Shown piece after piece: positions 25,530-39,720 of a stretch of 64,000 nt of DNA. Each line of letters opens with the position of its first letter. The first letter of the stretch is position 1. Where the stretch lies: contig OZ176058.1 of NCBI GenBank assembly GCA_964247055.1, positions 1,550,001 through 1,614,000 on the forward strand, given 5' to 3'. The position numbers and the translations under genes were made by a program. The notes under the pieces are model-generated. The model saw nothing but the letters and a program-made list of their open reading frames with translations, searched no databases and had not been told where the DNA came from. This stretch comes from Paragordius varius (lineage: Eukaryota; Animalia; Nematomorpha).

Positions 25530-27430
25530 AATTATATAAAATATATAGCCAAAAATTAAAATTGTAGAACATGGAAGCTAGCTAAAGCCAGAAAATATCA
25601 TTAGGCATTGATAATTGTTTACCAATGCTTTAATTAGTACAGAATGTGGATGTAACAAATATGGTAAATAGCTATTTAATTATGGATAACTCAATTTATT
25701 TATTATTTTAATTCCCCATCACACTGTATTACGAAATCAATTTAAAGGTCTAATCTGCCATCTTAATATAGTTGCGTAGTATTTTTATATATAAATAATT
25801 TTACCTTTATTGATCCAATCTCGAAACTTATTTTAACACCGTTTATTATTAGGCAATGTATTCGTATTTACATTTAAATATAAATTACCAATCATTTTAA
25901 ATTAAATTAATTATATTTTTTACATTTTATTAAAGTCTAGTATCATTGCTGTTTTAATATATTTAGGAAGATATAATAATAATTAGTAATACAATCCACC
26001 AAAAATATAGTTAATAATGGCATTTTGCGCATTAAACGTAAAAACCAAAAGACCATATTTTTAACATTTATAATCAAAAACCTTTTATATAGCTCATCTA
26101 TTATAAATACTAAACTGAGAATAGAGATGACATTTTTAATCATTCATTTAAATGTATATAATTAAATATCACAATAAGTTTTGAAAAGTTTGGATGTGTT
26201 TTTTAAAATATTTGGCTATTAAAGTAAAAACTGAAATTATGCACACAAGACGTGAAAATATAAAGACAAATATTTTTTTCTAAAAGAGCATACATTTTAA
26301 ATATAACAACTCATTGTTTAAAATGTTAAATTGTGACATAGAGATAAATATTAATAGCACAATCAATTTTATAATCTAAACTTATATGAGAATAATTAGT
26401 TTAAAAAAGTATGGTTATTAAAATATTTGTTTTTATATTTTTACATTTTGTCCGTATAATTTCAATTTTTACTGTATTTTTTTCGTTTTGTCCTTAAAAT
26501 TTAACTTACATTGTAAAATTCTTCTTAAATATATCATTCGTGGATATTTTTTTACCAAATATATCGATCATCTAAGCACGGGTCTCCAACACAAATGGTT
26601 TCGCAGGCCGTATATGAAAAATGTATTGGGATCAACAAAAGACTGTAAAAATAACTAATTATTGTAACATTTTTAGCTATTTTATTGCCGGAATTCGGAA
26701 GATATTTCTGAAGCTTTATCAAAAATAAAATTTAATTTTATATTACAATTGGTCATAGCAGTCATCATAAATTTCTTAATTTTTTTTATAATTCATTTCC
26801 GTTTATCATGATTTAAATAATCTACGATAGTGATTATGATCTTAATTTTTAGATAACCATACTTTAAAATTTAACAAATAGTTTATATTTTAGTAGTAAA
26901 TATTAAGCATTTAAACGAAATTCAACTCAGGACCTTATCCCATTTTATATATTTTTAAATTTTTTTTTTCTCATATAATCTATAATAAATTAAAGTCTAA
27001 TTTGGATGAAATACTTAAATTTTTTATACTAATATATAAGTTTATTATAAAAAAATAAATAATAATTTGAGTCCTTTTAAATGACCAAAAGATTAATTTT
27101 GGATGTTGATTCTCCCTCATATACCACGTCTTAATTTAATCAGAAAAATTATATCTGTTGTTTATATTTATTTGAGTGTAAAACAGAAAAATTATTATTT
27201 ATGTTCGTTAAATATTAATATATCCCTCATTTCCTTAACAATAAAAGTTTGTTTAATTTTAAAATAACTTGTTTAAAGAGTTTTTCGCAATGGAATAACT
27301 AGGAATACTTGATGGATTCTATTGAATTGTGGAGTTTATTTTCAGTTTCATGTTTTAATATTCAATAAAATATTTTTATGTTCATTTATTTTTATATTTT
27401 TTGGAAAATTCGGCCGGCTAAGGTGTTGGG
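25530..27430 (+). repeat. Family A repeat, copy 4 (most complete, uninterrupted)
   Basis: Colinear with copies 1-3 along ~1.9 kb. Confidence 0.8.
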
Positions 27431-27841
27431 TACACCTTCCATAAATTATTTTTTCTTTACATCGAAGTAGATTAGGGGTAAAATAAATTTTAATGTTGGT
27501 GTTAAATCCTATATTAGGTGTATGGCGTACTATATATTTAATCTGGAATCCAATTTTTAATATTATTATTATTTTGGTTTAATTTTGTCCTTTTTATACA
27601 TTATCCTTTGTTAAAACCTATTATACTATTTTCATAATTGTTATTACTATTCCGTGTACAGATTTTAGAAAAAAACGCTAATTTGACGGAGTTATTTTAT
27701 AAAAAATATATATCATACGCAATATACATTACATTATAAAAATAGCATCAAAATAGATATTTATGATCAATTTATTTTGAAATGCTATCCTAAAGATTCA
27801 ATAAATTTAAAAAACAATACAATTTTCCAAAAAAATAAAAT

Positions 27842-28222
27842 TTATTTCCTTTTCCCATACATTCTATCGAGAGAATCGTGTACACGTGAACTAGCAGCGT
27901 TAAATAGGTTAGATAATATATCGCCAACAATTAAACTAGAAGGAGCATTGTCAGCTGATTCCACCTGTTTTACATCAGGTGATGTGTGAATGAATGGATT
28001 TTCTGTCGAAAACAATTCTTCCTCATTTGTAACATCTGTTGTTTCCGTGAAAACAGGTGATTGAGTAAACGAATTCGTCGTTTCTATAAGAGCCAACTCC
28101 ATGGGTTCAGAAACCGATGAATCTTTTTGTTTAGTTTGATCAACCTCGTCAACTAAATTAACGAAAATCCGTATAAAATTTACAATCACAATTAAAATTA
28201 TACGGACAAATCGTAAAAACAT
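27842..28222 (-). CDS. Orphan 126-aa ORF: hydrophobic N-terminal stretch, then Ser/Thr/Glu-rich region
   Basis: Longest non-TE ORF in the track. Clearly higher GC than the flanks. A TACAG acceptor lies 9 nt upstream of the ATG, so it may be a terminal exon. No family recognised. Confidence 0.45.
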   Translation of the reverse strand: MFLRFVRIILIVIVNFIRIFVNLVDEVDQTKQKDSSVSEPMELALIETTNSFTQSPVFTETTDVTNEEELFSTENPFIHTSPDVKQVESADNAPSSLIVGDILSNLFNAASSRVHDSLDRMYGKRK

Positions 28223-28591
28223 ATGGAAAATCTGTAATTTTTAGATTTTCTCCATTTCACACCTCCGAATATATATATATATATATAAAAATGAATGGTT
28301 TATAGGTTTATTCAAAATTAGTATCCATATAATACGATTTGACAGATTATTAAAAAGATTAACGATTATACGGTAATTTAAATTATAAAAAACACAAATA
28401 TTTTTGACAACTTTTTTAAACCTTAATTATTAACTATGAATAAAACCGCAGTAAACAAAACCGAAATTTTGAAGCATTAATCCATGTACCATTATTTATT
28501 TCAAATGATTGTTAGAAATGAGTGCACACTAATGAGAGGTATTATTGGCTTTTAATAGGAAAGATGGTATATAGTTAACACTAAAAATTTA

Positions 28592-28815
28592 AAATTATAC
28601 GGACGTAACTTAAAAAGAGAAAACTATTGTTTTTCAAAACCATACTTTTAATCTTATTTTTTCTTTTTAATTGTAAAATATATGATTAATTGTGTAATCA
28701 AACATCTCTTCTCTTTCATTTACTGCCATTGATAATGAGTTATATAAAAAATATATTAGTTCGAAAAAGGACTGTTTTGAAAAAAATGTTTATTTGCGTT
28801 TTGTCCGTATAATTT
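28592..28815. repeat. Family E hairpin element
   Basis: AAATTATACGGACG ... TTGTCCGTATAATTT inverted pair. Confidence 0.55.
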
Positions 28816-31800
28816 CATTTTTAGTTTACAATATCTGTTAGAATGAATGATATTTTTTAATTTTATAAATATATAGATTAAAAATGCTAACATAGTATAT
28901 CATTGCGAACAAGCACTCTATGTTCCACAATGGCAATTAAATTGTGACTAATAAAAATCAAAAATCACATTTAGCCATTTACAAAACCGAATTCGCTACA
29001 AATAACTCTCGTTCATGTAATCCTTTGTATAAAATTATATTTAAGAATTGTTTTCTTTTAAGTTGCCTTATTTTAAGCAAAGAGCCCAAAGAATGAGGGG
29101 ATAAAAAATTTATTTAGAATACTTTTTGCAAATTCTGATTTCTGATCTTTATTGATAATTACGGCACATTGGAATTCATTAAAAGCAATTAGCATCAGAG
29201 AAAGGATAGAAAAACTGAGTATAACCATAATGATATATGTTTATTGAAAAATTTTAAAGTTTATTTTTTTTTCATTTTTTAGGCTTATATATATTTTAAA
29301 ATTTATTGTACTGCAACTAAGGTCAAATCTAAAAATAATTTTTTGCTATAAATAACTAAATGTATATCGGTATGAAAAACCACAAACCAATAAGTAATAA
29401 AATATAAATATCCTTAAAGGTAAAAAGTTCATATTTTTAAATCGCATTTTTTGGCTATTTTTATAGCACTGATCAAAGTTTATATTATATACCTATATAT
29501 AGCAATCAATATAAATTTATTTTAGATGAATAAATAAATTCTGTTTAATGTTAAATATATGTAAAAATTATTTAAAAATGTTTTTGTTACAATAAAAATT
29601 ATTTGTGCTTTCACTTTTTTAAAAACTTTTTTAAAAATATTTCTTAATTGAATGATAATGTAGACATCTTAAAAAGCAAATGCTCATAAAAATTAAAAGT
29701 GATTTTAAAACATTAAAATTTAGCCTTAAACAGTTTTTAAAATATTTTTTTAGGATTTTAAAGAAACCTTAAAGATAAAATGTTTGTTGATACATAATAG
29801 ATAAATTTTCCTATTGTTTAAAATTTAAATCAAGATATAATATAAATGGGGTTAGAGGCCGTAAATTTTAAAACTCCTTAAGCCGTACATCAAAATAACA
29901 TAAAAATAATTTGATATATGATATAATTCTTTTTTATAAACCCTGAATATCTATTTAATACTCTACAATAATTTGTTTTTTGTATTTAATAATATAATTA
30001 TATTAAAATGGGTATTTAATTAAATTTTTGGTAATTTATAAACTCATATAAATTTAATGAAGATTTTTCTTAAAAACGATTAGTATACAAACTCTTTCTC
30101 CTTTTTAGCTAGGGTCATTAGTTAGAGCTTATATGACATTTCAAAATAATTTTATTTTATACAATTATTAGTCAAAGGCAACATGTTTTTAGTTGTTTTT
30201 TCTTGAAAAGATGTTGTCCTTGCTTAAAAACTGTTAGGTTTTGTTGAAAAATATGTTACTTAAAATAATATGTCTAAGTTTTCTAAAAAATATTAATCCA
30301 TATGTGTTTTTTGCGGAAACCTTAACATTACTGTCGTATGAATGTCTTTGGCTAAAAGTTTCACCTAATCCTAACTTCGTTTCCTCTAGGTTAGATAGAG
30401 CAGTTTTGCATTTTTTTGAACGCACAAAATGGCTTCGCTGATTCTAGTTTGATCAAATATTGGTTTCTCTCATATTATCAGAGATACTTTTTTAGGTTCA
30501 ATTAGATTTATATAGATATATACTAGCTTTAGATAGTGATATTATTTTCTACATATATGCCTACAAGATTGGAAAAATATAACATATACGTTATTTGAAA
30601 ACAATTTTATAAAACTATTTATTTTTTGCAATGTTTGGTAAATTCATTAACTTTTTATTTTAGTCCCTAAGAAAAGCCATCATTACGATTTCTTTGGTTA
30701 ATTATTCTTAGTTAAATTGTGAAAAAATAATTTTATTCCGTGGGCCCCAATAAAGTTACAGAGCGCCGGGACTAAAGCTATAAATTCATTTAGGAATATA
30801 TATCACGAAACACAGTTCTTAGTGGGAAAATATCCTGTAATACATATAATTATTTATAATATTAGCCCATACGAGTCATTTAAAAATTCCAATTATATTA
30901 TAATTGCTCATATCAAAATATACGTAAAATTAGGTGGATCAAATTAGTATTTTAGTTAAAAGTCAAGGGCATCCAGATGTTTTGCATACACACACACACA
31001 TAATTAAATTGTAATATTTTAGCTGGGGGTTTCATTAGTATAATTAACCTCGCTATATTTGTTAGAATTAGCATATATTTAAAATTAACTGTTTTCTTTA
31101 ATTTTATAATATATTTTAGATAATAATGGAATGAATCAATAGCTTTCATTAAATAAATATTTTTAGTAAAAAGAAAAATATGCGCGAATTTTGCCGTTTT
31201 TTGATATGAAGTACTACAAATTTAATAACTTTTTTTTCACATGTAAGGCCTAAAAAAGAACATTATTTATAAACATATATATATATATATATATATTTCT
31301 TAATACTTTAAGGTAATGTTATCAACGAGTTAAATTAGTTTTTACAAACAAGGCGGTAAGTCGTTTTATTCTAATTATATGATAGTTGATATTTAACAAA
31401 AAATTAAATGCATAGGAGTAATCCTCTTAATTTTGTTTAATTGGTCCGGCTATCTAAATTCGGTTCGCGGCGATATTTTGTTTAACTTGCAGAATATAAA
31501 AAATTACTAAATAGATACGAAGTTCCATAATGTTCAAAAACATGCTACTAAAAATATGATATGTCTCGAACAAATTTTTAGAATTCATTTTTCCAATTTT
31601 TATAAGTAACAAGAAAAAATTGTCCAACAAATGATAGTTATGCTCTGCTCGTCTTTAACTAATAAAATATAATTTTCGAAAGCAACTCACCGGTTTTTTA
31701 ACAATTCCGCTCACTAAAACTATCTGTGTCGGGTATTACATTTCATGGAATTTTATGATTGCAGGCCTTATTATCACGATTTGATTTTGATTTAAATTGA

Positions 31801-31929
31801 TTTGATTTTTAATATGGGAAATTACTTATATTATGTTAAAATACTTTCACATAATATAACTCTATAAACGGGTGCTACAATAATACTATAACACGTGCTA
31901 GCTAGTCAGCTTTCTCATAAATAAGTGTT

Positions 31930-33960
31930 TGCCATTTTAAAGGATCTTGTGACTTTCGAATTATTTGAGGAGTAGGTTAGTAATTGAATTAATGATATCT
32001 AGAAACTGCTTTTTAGGGCGGCCTCTTTTGCGAGTCCCATCGACCAACCCAAGAATGTTTTTTTCAGGGAATCAGATAGAAAGATGTGGCCTACATATAT
32101 TAGTTGCTTGTAGATCACTAGATTATAAAGTAAAAATTCTGCTTTAAGGAAGAGTATATATGAATTAGAGATGTGAGCTTTCCATGAAATACTTAAAATT
32201 TTCTCCCACCTCATTTGAGATGAGATGCGGGCTTTGTCAGTGGATTTACAAACTCATGACTCAGACCGGTAAATAGCAACGGGTTAAACCTTAGCTGTTA
32301 GGATGGCTAATTCGATTAAAACTCTTATTACCGAAGAATTCCAAACTCTGAACAGTTTGTCAATGGTGGCACATCCTTAAGCAAGCCGTGCTCGTATTTA
32401 AGATCTGAAGTGTCGTCAGATGCAATTATTGAACCTAAAATTGCAGTGATCGTCGATAAAGGTAGAATTAAGAGATATTGCAATCTGGAGGGCGTTAAGG
32501 GTCATTAGGTTAGATTTATGTTAATTTATCTTCAGACACATCAACCTTGCTTCAACTAAAAATATATTTAAGATGTAATTTATGTCCCAATGAGATTCTG
32601 TCAAGAAAGCCGTATCATCAGCATATGGGAGATTGCATGCAGCAAGAGCACCAATGCGCACTCCAATATGTTAAGGAAAGTCACGATTAATTTTTCAGTA
32701 AAATTTAACAGGAGGGGAAAATGGACACATCCTTTACACCTCTGAGAATAGGGAACCAGTCGATGGGACCGTATAATGTTTTGATCGCAGTTGTTTGTTT
32801 AGAATATAAGGATTGAAACAGATGTATTGTGTGGGAGGAAACTCTGGGAAATTGTGAAATCCTTCAGAGACAGTTGTGGTTGACTGCAAATGCCATACTG
32901 AAGTCCAGTTAGCGAATTCGCTATATCTCTGAATTATAGTTATTGACTGTATGATTTGTAGTGTTTCGCTTTGATCCAAAGCCAGCCTGTACGTCAAAAA
33001 TTTTATAATCAAGAGTGGATGATATTCTTTTCTGTATTATTTTGAGAAGTTTTGACAATTTATTGGTAATAGCCAACCGGCAGTAATAAGGATTACCTTT
33101 TTCGAAGAACGGAAAGAGATACAATTTGACCCAATCGCCAGGTCACTTGTATTTAAAGACATTTTGCAAAAGATTTGTATAATAGTTGTTAGGGAGTAAC
33201 GTAGCGAGATTAGGTCCTTTTAACCTAAGGAGTTAGAGGAAGGGCGTTTCAAAGTGAATAGCACTTCGTCTAATAAATTTGGGGGATCAAGTTCAGAAGC
33301 ATTCATATAAGGCAGATTATAAGAATTAGGAATAGTCATAAATGGAAGCACCAAATTCTTCCCACCGTTTAATTATATCCTGTTTTTTGGTTAATATAAC
33401 GTGGTCCTGGTTGCTGATGCTCCCGGGATTGCGGGAGCTATAAGGGACTACTAGATGTAATTTTTGGTATAAATCGGCCATTGGCGTTAGCAAGTTCTAA
33501 CTCTTTACAAATCGCAAGAAGGTGGTATTCAGTAATATTATGTTGATTTTGGCCAATCTCGTTTGATGGCTGAAACATTAGAATCAGGGATGTTTTCGTT
33601 GAGATGGAAAATGTTTGTTTAATCAATTCGCTGATTACTGTTATGATCCGAATCCAATGGTCGTTAACTTCCAGATTGTCTATGTTGATATCGCTAAGGA
33701 TAGTATTTAATTGGGATTAAATTCATTGGTCACCCTGGAAAAGGCAAAGCACTTTTTTCTTTTTTGGGGTAATTTAGTTTAGTTAAACTTAAGTTTAATT
33801 CCAAAAGTTGAGGATCGGAGTTTATTACGATTCCTGAAAAGGTTTTACAACTATGATGCAATTTATCATTTTGTTAAATGAGAATGAAGTCCATTTGGGA
33901 GCAGGTGATTGGGGAAACCCGAGTACTTAGAGAAACATCATAGAATGTACAATAGCCAGT
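31930..33960 (-). mobile_element. Heavily decayed RTE-clade LINE
   Basis: Scattered motifs on the - strand: PFFEKGNP..KLLKIIQKRI..VQAGF (ORF 32921-33124), ADDTAF, ILSISWKAHISN, GHI..GLVDGTRKRGRPKKQFLDII at the 3' end, APE-like remnant near 33400-33700. Confidence 0.75.
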
Positions 33961-36379
33961 TTGCGGCTGCAAAATTCAATCAATATATCAACACTAGGAT
34001 TTCTACCCAGGCTAAATCTACTATGTAAAATTATTTATATTATGTAAAAATCCTTAAAAATTTAACTTTATAAACGGTTGCTATAATAATAATCTAACAC
34101 TATGTCCACAAAAAAAACCTTGTATATTTATGTTCTGTTAGGAAAATGTATCAGGAGATCATGGTGCTTTTGGGTTTTGCCCTTAAGAGTAATATTAAAA
34201 AGTAGTTACATTTTTGTAGTAAGTGGTCCATATCTAAAAATTGCAAAATATGCGCACATTTTTTAAATAAAATATAATAGCAGAAAGCTAAAGGGTTTAT
34301 TCCAAAAAACATCCCTACTATATAAAAAACACCCTATAAAAAGCTAAATATTTTTAGAGGTAAGCTCCGATAATCCCAAAATTATTTTTATTTATGGGCC
34401 AGGACTCTTGTGATAAAAACCAAGAATGCCCGATAAAAATTTGATTTTAAACTAAATTTAGATAGCAGTTAAAATGTTTTTGTACAAATGCATGCCTTTT
34501 TAAAAAATTAAATTTTTACCTAAATTTTGTTAAAACGTGTTTCATATTATGTTGAGGCATGATGAAAATGGTACAACTATGATTTAAGAAATAAAACACC
34601 TTTTCTACACAATTTGATGATGCTGAACATTTCTGACACCGACAAAACCACGGGGAGCAGTGCGGGGGGAGGCAAAACAGCAACCCTTTTATATATATTA
34701 TATTTGGGCGTTCAATTTTGCGGGCAGGGGGGTGAGGGGGCAACAATTATTACCTTTTTTAATTTACAGATTTGTAAGTAATGATTGCCTGATTGTAAGT
34801 ATACTGGCAAATAATAAAGAGATTTATTATTAATCGAAAAGAAGAAAATGCATCCCTCTATCTCAATAAGCGGTATATTTGTTAATTATAAATGCGTTTA
34901 AATTCTTTCCAGTCACCTTAGAAAAGTGAAAGTCGAAAAATAAATAAATGAGTATAGATAGTTGACACCAAAAATTAAGTGGAGCTTATAAATTTTCAAG
35001 TCATAAATTATTTTATTATTAAATATAGTATAGTTTTATGAGAATTCACAAAAGGACAGATGTAATTTTTCTGCCTCTGTTAAATTAAAATAATTACAAA
35101 TAAAATCTCATTTGCAATATATTCATATAGCGTGAAAATATATTTTGTTTTTTAATATAAAAGACAATTTACACATTTTAATTCTTATGAGGAAATGTGT
35201 TTATGTAAATTTAAATATTAATGAGTTAAAGAAAGAAGGAAGAAAAAATGCTTTTTTTCATTATCACTAAAATTTTAGCCTTTAATATAATTGTTTGTTC
35301 CTTTATATTTCTGGAAGTTTTAATAGTGAACAACGGAGGGAAAAAAGTAAAACATTTATCATAACCATATTCTCTAAGAAGTAATCTCAATTTATTTATT
35401 TTGATGTCAACATGCAATTTAAGGCAGGCCAACTCACATAAATGTTGGCCAATTCAAATACAATGCATACATGGGAATGTTTTAAATTCTACAGATTGAT
35501 AGTTATTTCACATACTTTAGTTAAGTGAATTGGCCAATATCTGTTAGCTGGTATTCATTAATGTGCATTATTTTTCTGATGTTTTTAACCTTCAAATTGA
35601 TTTTGAGTATTCTAAAACATATAATTATCGACAAACTTTCACCACACACTAAAACAGGGGTCGGCAATTTTTTTCAGCAGGCCATTCTCAAAATTTAAAA
35701 ACCTTGGCGGTCAGCACATTGATATTTCATTTAATTAGTACATTTATACATATTTATCAGGCCGTTGAACCGGAACATGGTTCCAGTTTTAGGAACCAAT
35801 TTGTTCCATAAAATTAGAACCCGGTTCGAGTTCCACTTTTTAGGGACCAGTTCGAAGTTATGTTATTATAATTTTAATGAGCCATATTTAAAAATATTTT
35901 ATTCTGACTAAACAGCTATTTTTATTTATCCGAACTCCGAATATATATTTTTTAGCAATTAAGAATTTCCCCGCTGCTATTCCTGGGTAGGCCCGTATTC
36001 CGCGCATATGTTGACAATATGTTTGTAAAAACGAATATGTGAGCATGAAACGAGCGAAATAGAGAAAGCTTTTTCACTAAACAAGCTCTCCCATTCATAA
36101 ATTAGAAATTAGGTCTTCATGGTAAAATAGGATTGTAATTATTCCCATGTTAGCGACAGCACATGGTTTAAATATTATCGTCATTACCTTGGAAGCCGCA
36201 CAAAGGAAAGATTTCCCACCTCTGAACTAAAAAAATTTGGAGATTTAGATCATGTTTTCATAATAATCGCATAGATGCAAAAAATTATAAAACATTTATT
36301 CTAAATAATTTTTTTTTCTTACTGCCAAACTTAAGCGGAGCGCAAAAACGAAAGAGAGCGAAGGAAAACGCAATAATCG

Positions 36380-39300
36380 TTTTAAATATGAAAAATATAA
36401 CGAATTTTTTAAAACTTTCGAAAAATCTTTGATGCTAGCTCACACGAGAAACAAACAGTTGAGATTAACAATGGTGTAAATAATACTTAACCCTGATGCT
36501 AGTTCTAACTCAAATGAGAAAACGGTAGTGATTAGCAACAAACGTCTTGATTAATGGATAATTTCGTTTGATTTCAGAGCATTCCATGGGTAATAAATTA
36601 TCAAATGAAGAAAAACAAATTCTGATATCGCTTACATCGTCCCCCAGGTTCTTTTAAAAGAGATGCTTTTCAAAAACCTCAAAGATAAACATTAAATCTG
36701 GGCTTGATGATCATAGAGTTGCAGTATAATTTTGGATACACCTAATTGTAAACCGTGAAAGCTGTTCTCTAATGACAAAAATGGATAAAAGGTGTGAGGA
36801 ATTGGAAAGCGCTATCCACATTTCCATACATAAAGGAAATAAGTATCATATAGAGCTGCTCTATTTATGGTAAATGGAGAGAGGGTAAAATGATTGAGCG
36901 GGATTTTAAAGCAACTAAAATAACGAAGCAAATTTTGGGTTAATGTATTAGAGAGATTGGTTAATTACAATGTGCAACAATATATGGGGTCAATTTTCTG
37001 GATCTTATTTTCTTAATATTTTCTGATCCCTATGGTATTGGGATCAAATGTGTATAACTTTTACTTACCCAGCTCGTTTTCGAGATATGGGACTTTTTCC
37101 AAATTTGGACATATCCAAAATTTTCTCGTTTGTAAATATTTTTCGCTATGTAAACAAATAATATGTGGCTTACATAAATATTTTTTAAAAAAATCCCCAA
37201 TTTATTAAAATATAAAAAAAATTACTCAAAATATCCAATATTTTTTGTTTTAGGGGACAAAAACCCTCAAAAATTGGGTAACTTAACATTTTTTGACATA
37301 AAATATATTTTATCATTTTATTAAATAAAAACAAACTTTATTATATCTTCTTGGATGTTATTAATGTTTGTTTAAATATAAATATCATTGTGCAATAGCT
37401 TTGTGGAAGTTATTTTAATAATTAATTTAATTTTTACAGCTTTTTTGCTGTTTTTATGTAAAAAAAGCTAAAATATACTCAGCTGTAAATACTAATTTCG
37501 TATTTTCTTCTGTAGTTTTTAAATCTTTCATACATGATGTTATCGACAATACTAAATTTTATGCCTTAAAATATAATCCTAACAAAGTAATTTTTTATTT
37601 ATAAATTTAGGATGACTGACGAGTAAAGATATTGTATCTCACAGCAAAAAAAGGTAAACTATTTAGAAGGGGGCGTTTTTGGGTTGTTCTTGTAGGAAGC
37701 ACTCATAGAGACGGTAAATATGCAAAAAATGTTCGTATCGTATCGTCTTTGTATAATGGCTAGCCATTGTATCCGTATAGAAGCTGTCTGTAATATTTGC
37801 GATTTAGCATCCGCTTTTCTATGTTCGTTAGTTTTTTCTCAATTGAATCTGTCATCGGCCAAGTCTCGCTTCCATACAGGAGTATGGCCACATATATGGC
37901 AAACAATATTTTTATCCGTCGGTATTTTGGTGATAATCATATTTTTTTGTACACATTAATATGATAATATATTCTTGATGAAAAAGATGATATAATAGGG
38001 TATGTTAAAATTAAGGAAATATTTAAAAATGCAGATGAAAATATGAAATTAGTATTTACAGCTGAGTAAAATTAAGCTTTTTTGACATATAAAACAGCAA
38101 AAAGGTGTAAAAATATAATTTATTTTTATAAATAAAAGTCCACAAAGCTATTACACAATGTTATTTATATTTAAAACATTATTAACATCCAAGAACATAT
38201 ATTAAAGTTTGTATTTATTTAATAGGATGATAAAAAATATTTGTGTCAAAAAAAGTTAAGTTACCCAATTTTTGAGGGTTTTTGCCCCCTAAAACAAAAA
38301 GTATTGAGTGTTTTTTTTTTATTTTAAAGATAAATTGGTTCTTGTAAAAATATTTATGTAAGCCACATATTATTTGTTTACCTAGTGAAAATTTAAAAAC
38401 GATAAAATTTGGAAAAGTCGCATATCTCGAAAACGAGCTGTGTAAGTAAAAAAATTTTTTACACAAATCTGATCACAATACCACAAGGAATCAAAAAATA
38501 TTAAAAAATTAAGACCCAGAAAAAGTTGTGTCACAGTGTAATATATGTCAAAAAATTCTCTGTCTTTCCATGGTCATCGTAAAACTTTTGAATGGTAATT
38601 TTTTATGTTTAACTTTTCATAGTATAATGAAGCAAGTGGAAGCCTTAGGGTAACATCTAATATTTGAGTTCACTTATACAATTTGAAATAGACTGCATAG
38701 GAACGCGTTTGAGAGAAGTAATTTTATCTGAAATAAAAGCGGCTTTTCACACTCTCATTTTAGACACTACTCAGGATATCGTAAAAAAGATCCATTAAGT
38801 CAAATATTTGATTTGTTAAAATTATTAAGGAAAATGGTTGCAAAAAAATTGAAATAAAAGAAGTGTTTTTGTGATTTAAAGAAATTGATAAACATACGGC
38901 ATATAAGTTATAAAATAAAACAAATTTCAAAAAACTATAATTTATCATAAGTGTAGAGGTTAATGTTATGATGAGGCCCCAGTTATGAGCGGAACTTACA
39001 ATGGAATACATCTTTTGAGATGGGATCACCCCCAAGTAATTTATGTTCATTGCACCGCTCATAATCTAAATTTAGTTATAAATGATTCTATAAAATCTTG
39101 TAAAGAAGCCAATTTTTTCGCAACCCTGGAGGTATACATTTTTTGGAGTATAATGTGGGACCTTTTGAGAAGTAAATAACCGCAAAATAAGATGCTATGG
39201 CAAAGAATGGGGCATTAAACTTGTTTTTAGCGATAAGAAACATAAAGTTTTAAAAGACATATTGATGAACTTGTCGATGATCATTGATTTTATTTAGATG

Positions 39301-39720
39301 TTATGTATGTTTTTTCAATATTTTATTGTAATTCAGTTAAAAAACAAATTCGGCAGTTTTTCAAAGCGTAGCGGATATGTACTCATTTCTACATCCATCA
39401 AAATTAACTAAAATGAGTGAAGTAGAAATTATCAGCTAAAAATTCAATAATTAATTATCCAAAAGATCTGAGTGAATATTTTCCGATTCAAATAATTTAT
39501 TTGCAGAGCTATTAATTATTAAGTACCCAACAAAGCCAGTTGTGATGAAGTTATAACAGCATTATTATTGTCTATGACATTTACGGTTGCTACAGCGCCT
39601 GTTTATTCTCAAATTTAATATTTTAATTTATTAGAAGCACGATGGCTGAAAAAGGTTAAGCAATTTATCGTTACTAGCAATTGAAGCGAAAATGGCGGAT
39701 TAAATGTAAAAAAGATATAA
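36380..39720 (+). pseudogene. Decayed hAT (Tip100/ZMYM1-like) transposase, interrupted by family D copy 2
   Basis: FWVNVLERLVN at ~36935-36966 resumes as ..SLSFHGH..NGNF after 38540. VIYVHCTAHNLNLVIND (CxxH) in ORF 38985-39179. Dimerisation-domain remnant (TVATA..RSTMAEK.LSNLSLLAIE) at ~39570-39690. A possible left end CAGGCCGTTGAACCGGAAC at 35758 has no matching right end. Confidence 0.7.
36984..38539. mobile_element. Family D long-TIR element, copy 2 (shorter, opposite orientation)
   Basis: Inverted arms ~36990-37540 and ~38030-38520. Interior is the reverse complement of copy 1 interior. Possible 5-bp TSD AATAT (36979-36983, 38540-38544). Confidence 0.75.

Noticed and set aside
30234-30441. 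Overlapping opposite-strand ORFs in a mildly GC-raised patch
   Set aside because: No ATG start or convincing motif; may be a decayed TE but I could not assign it.
35655-35760. CAGGGGTCGGCAA as the end of a complete hAT MITE
   Set aside because: I found no matching right terminus or TSD, so boundaries cannot be supported.
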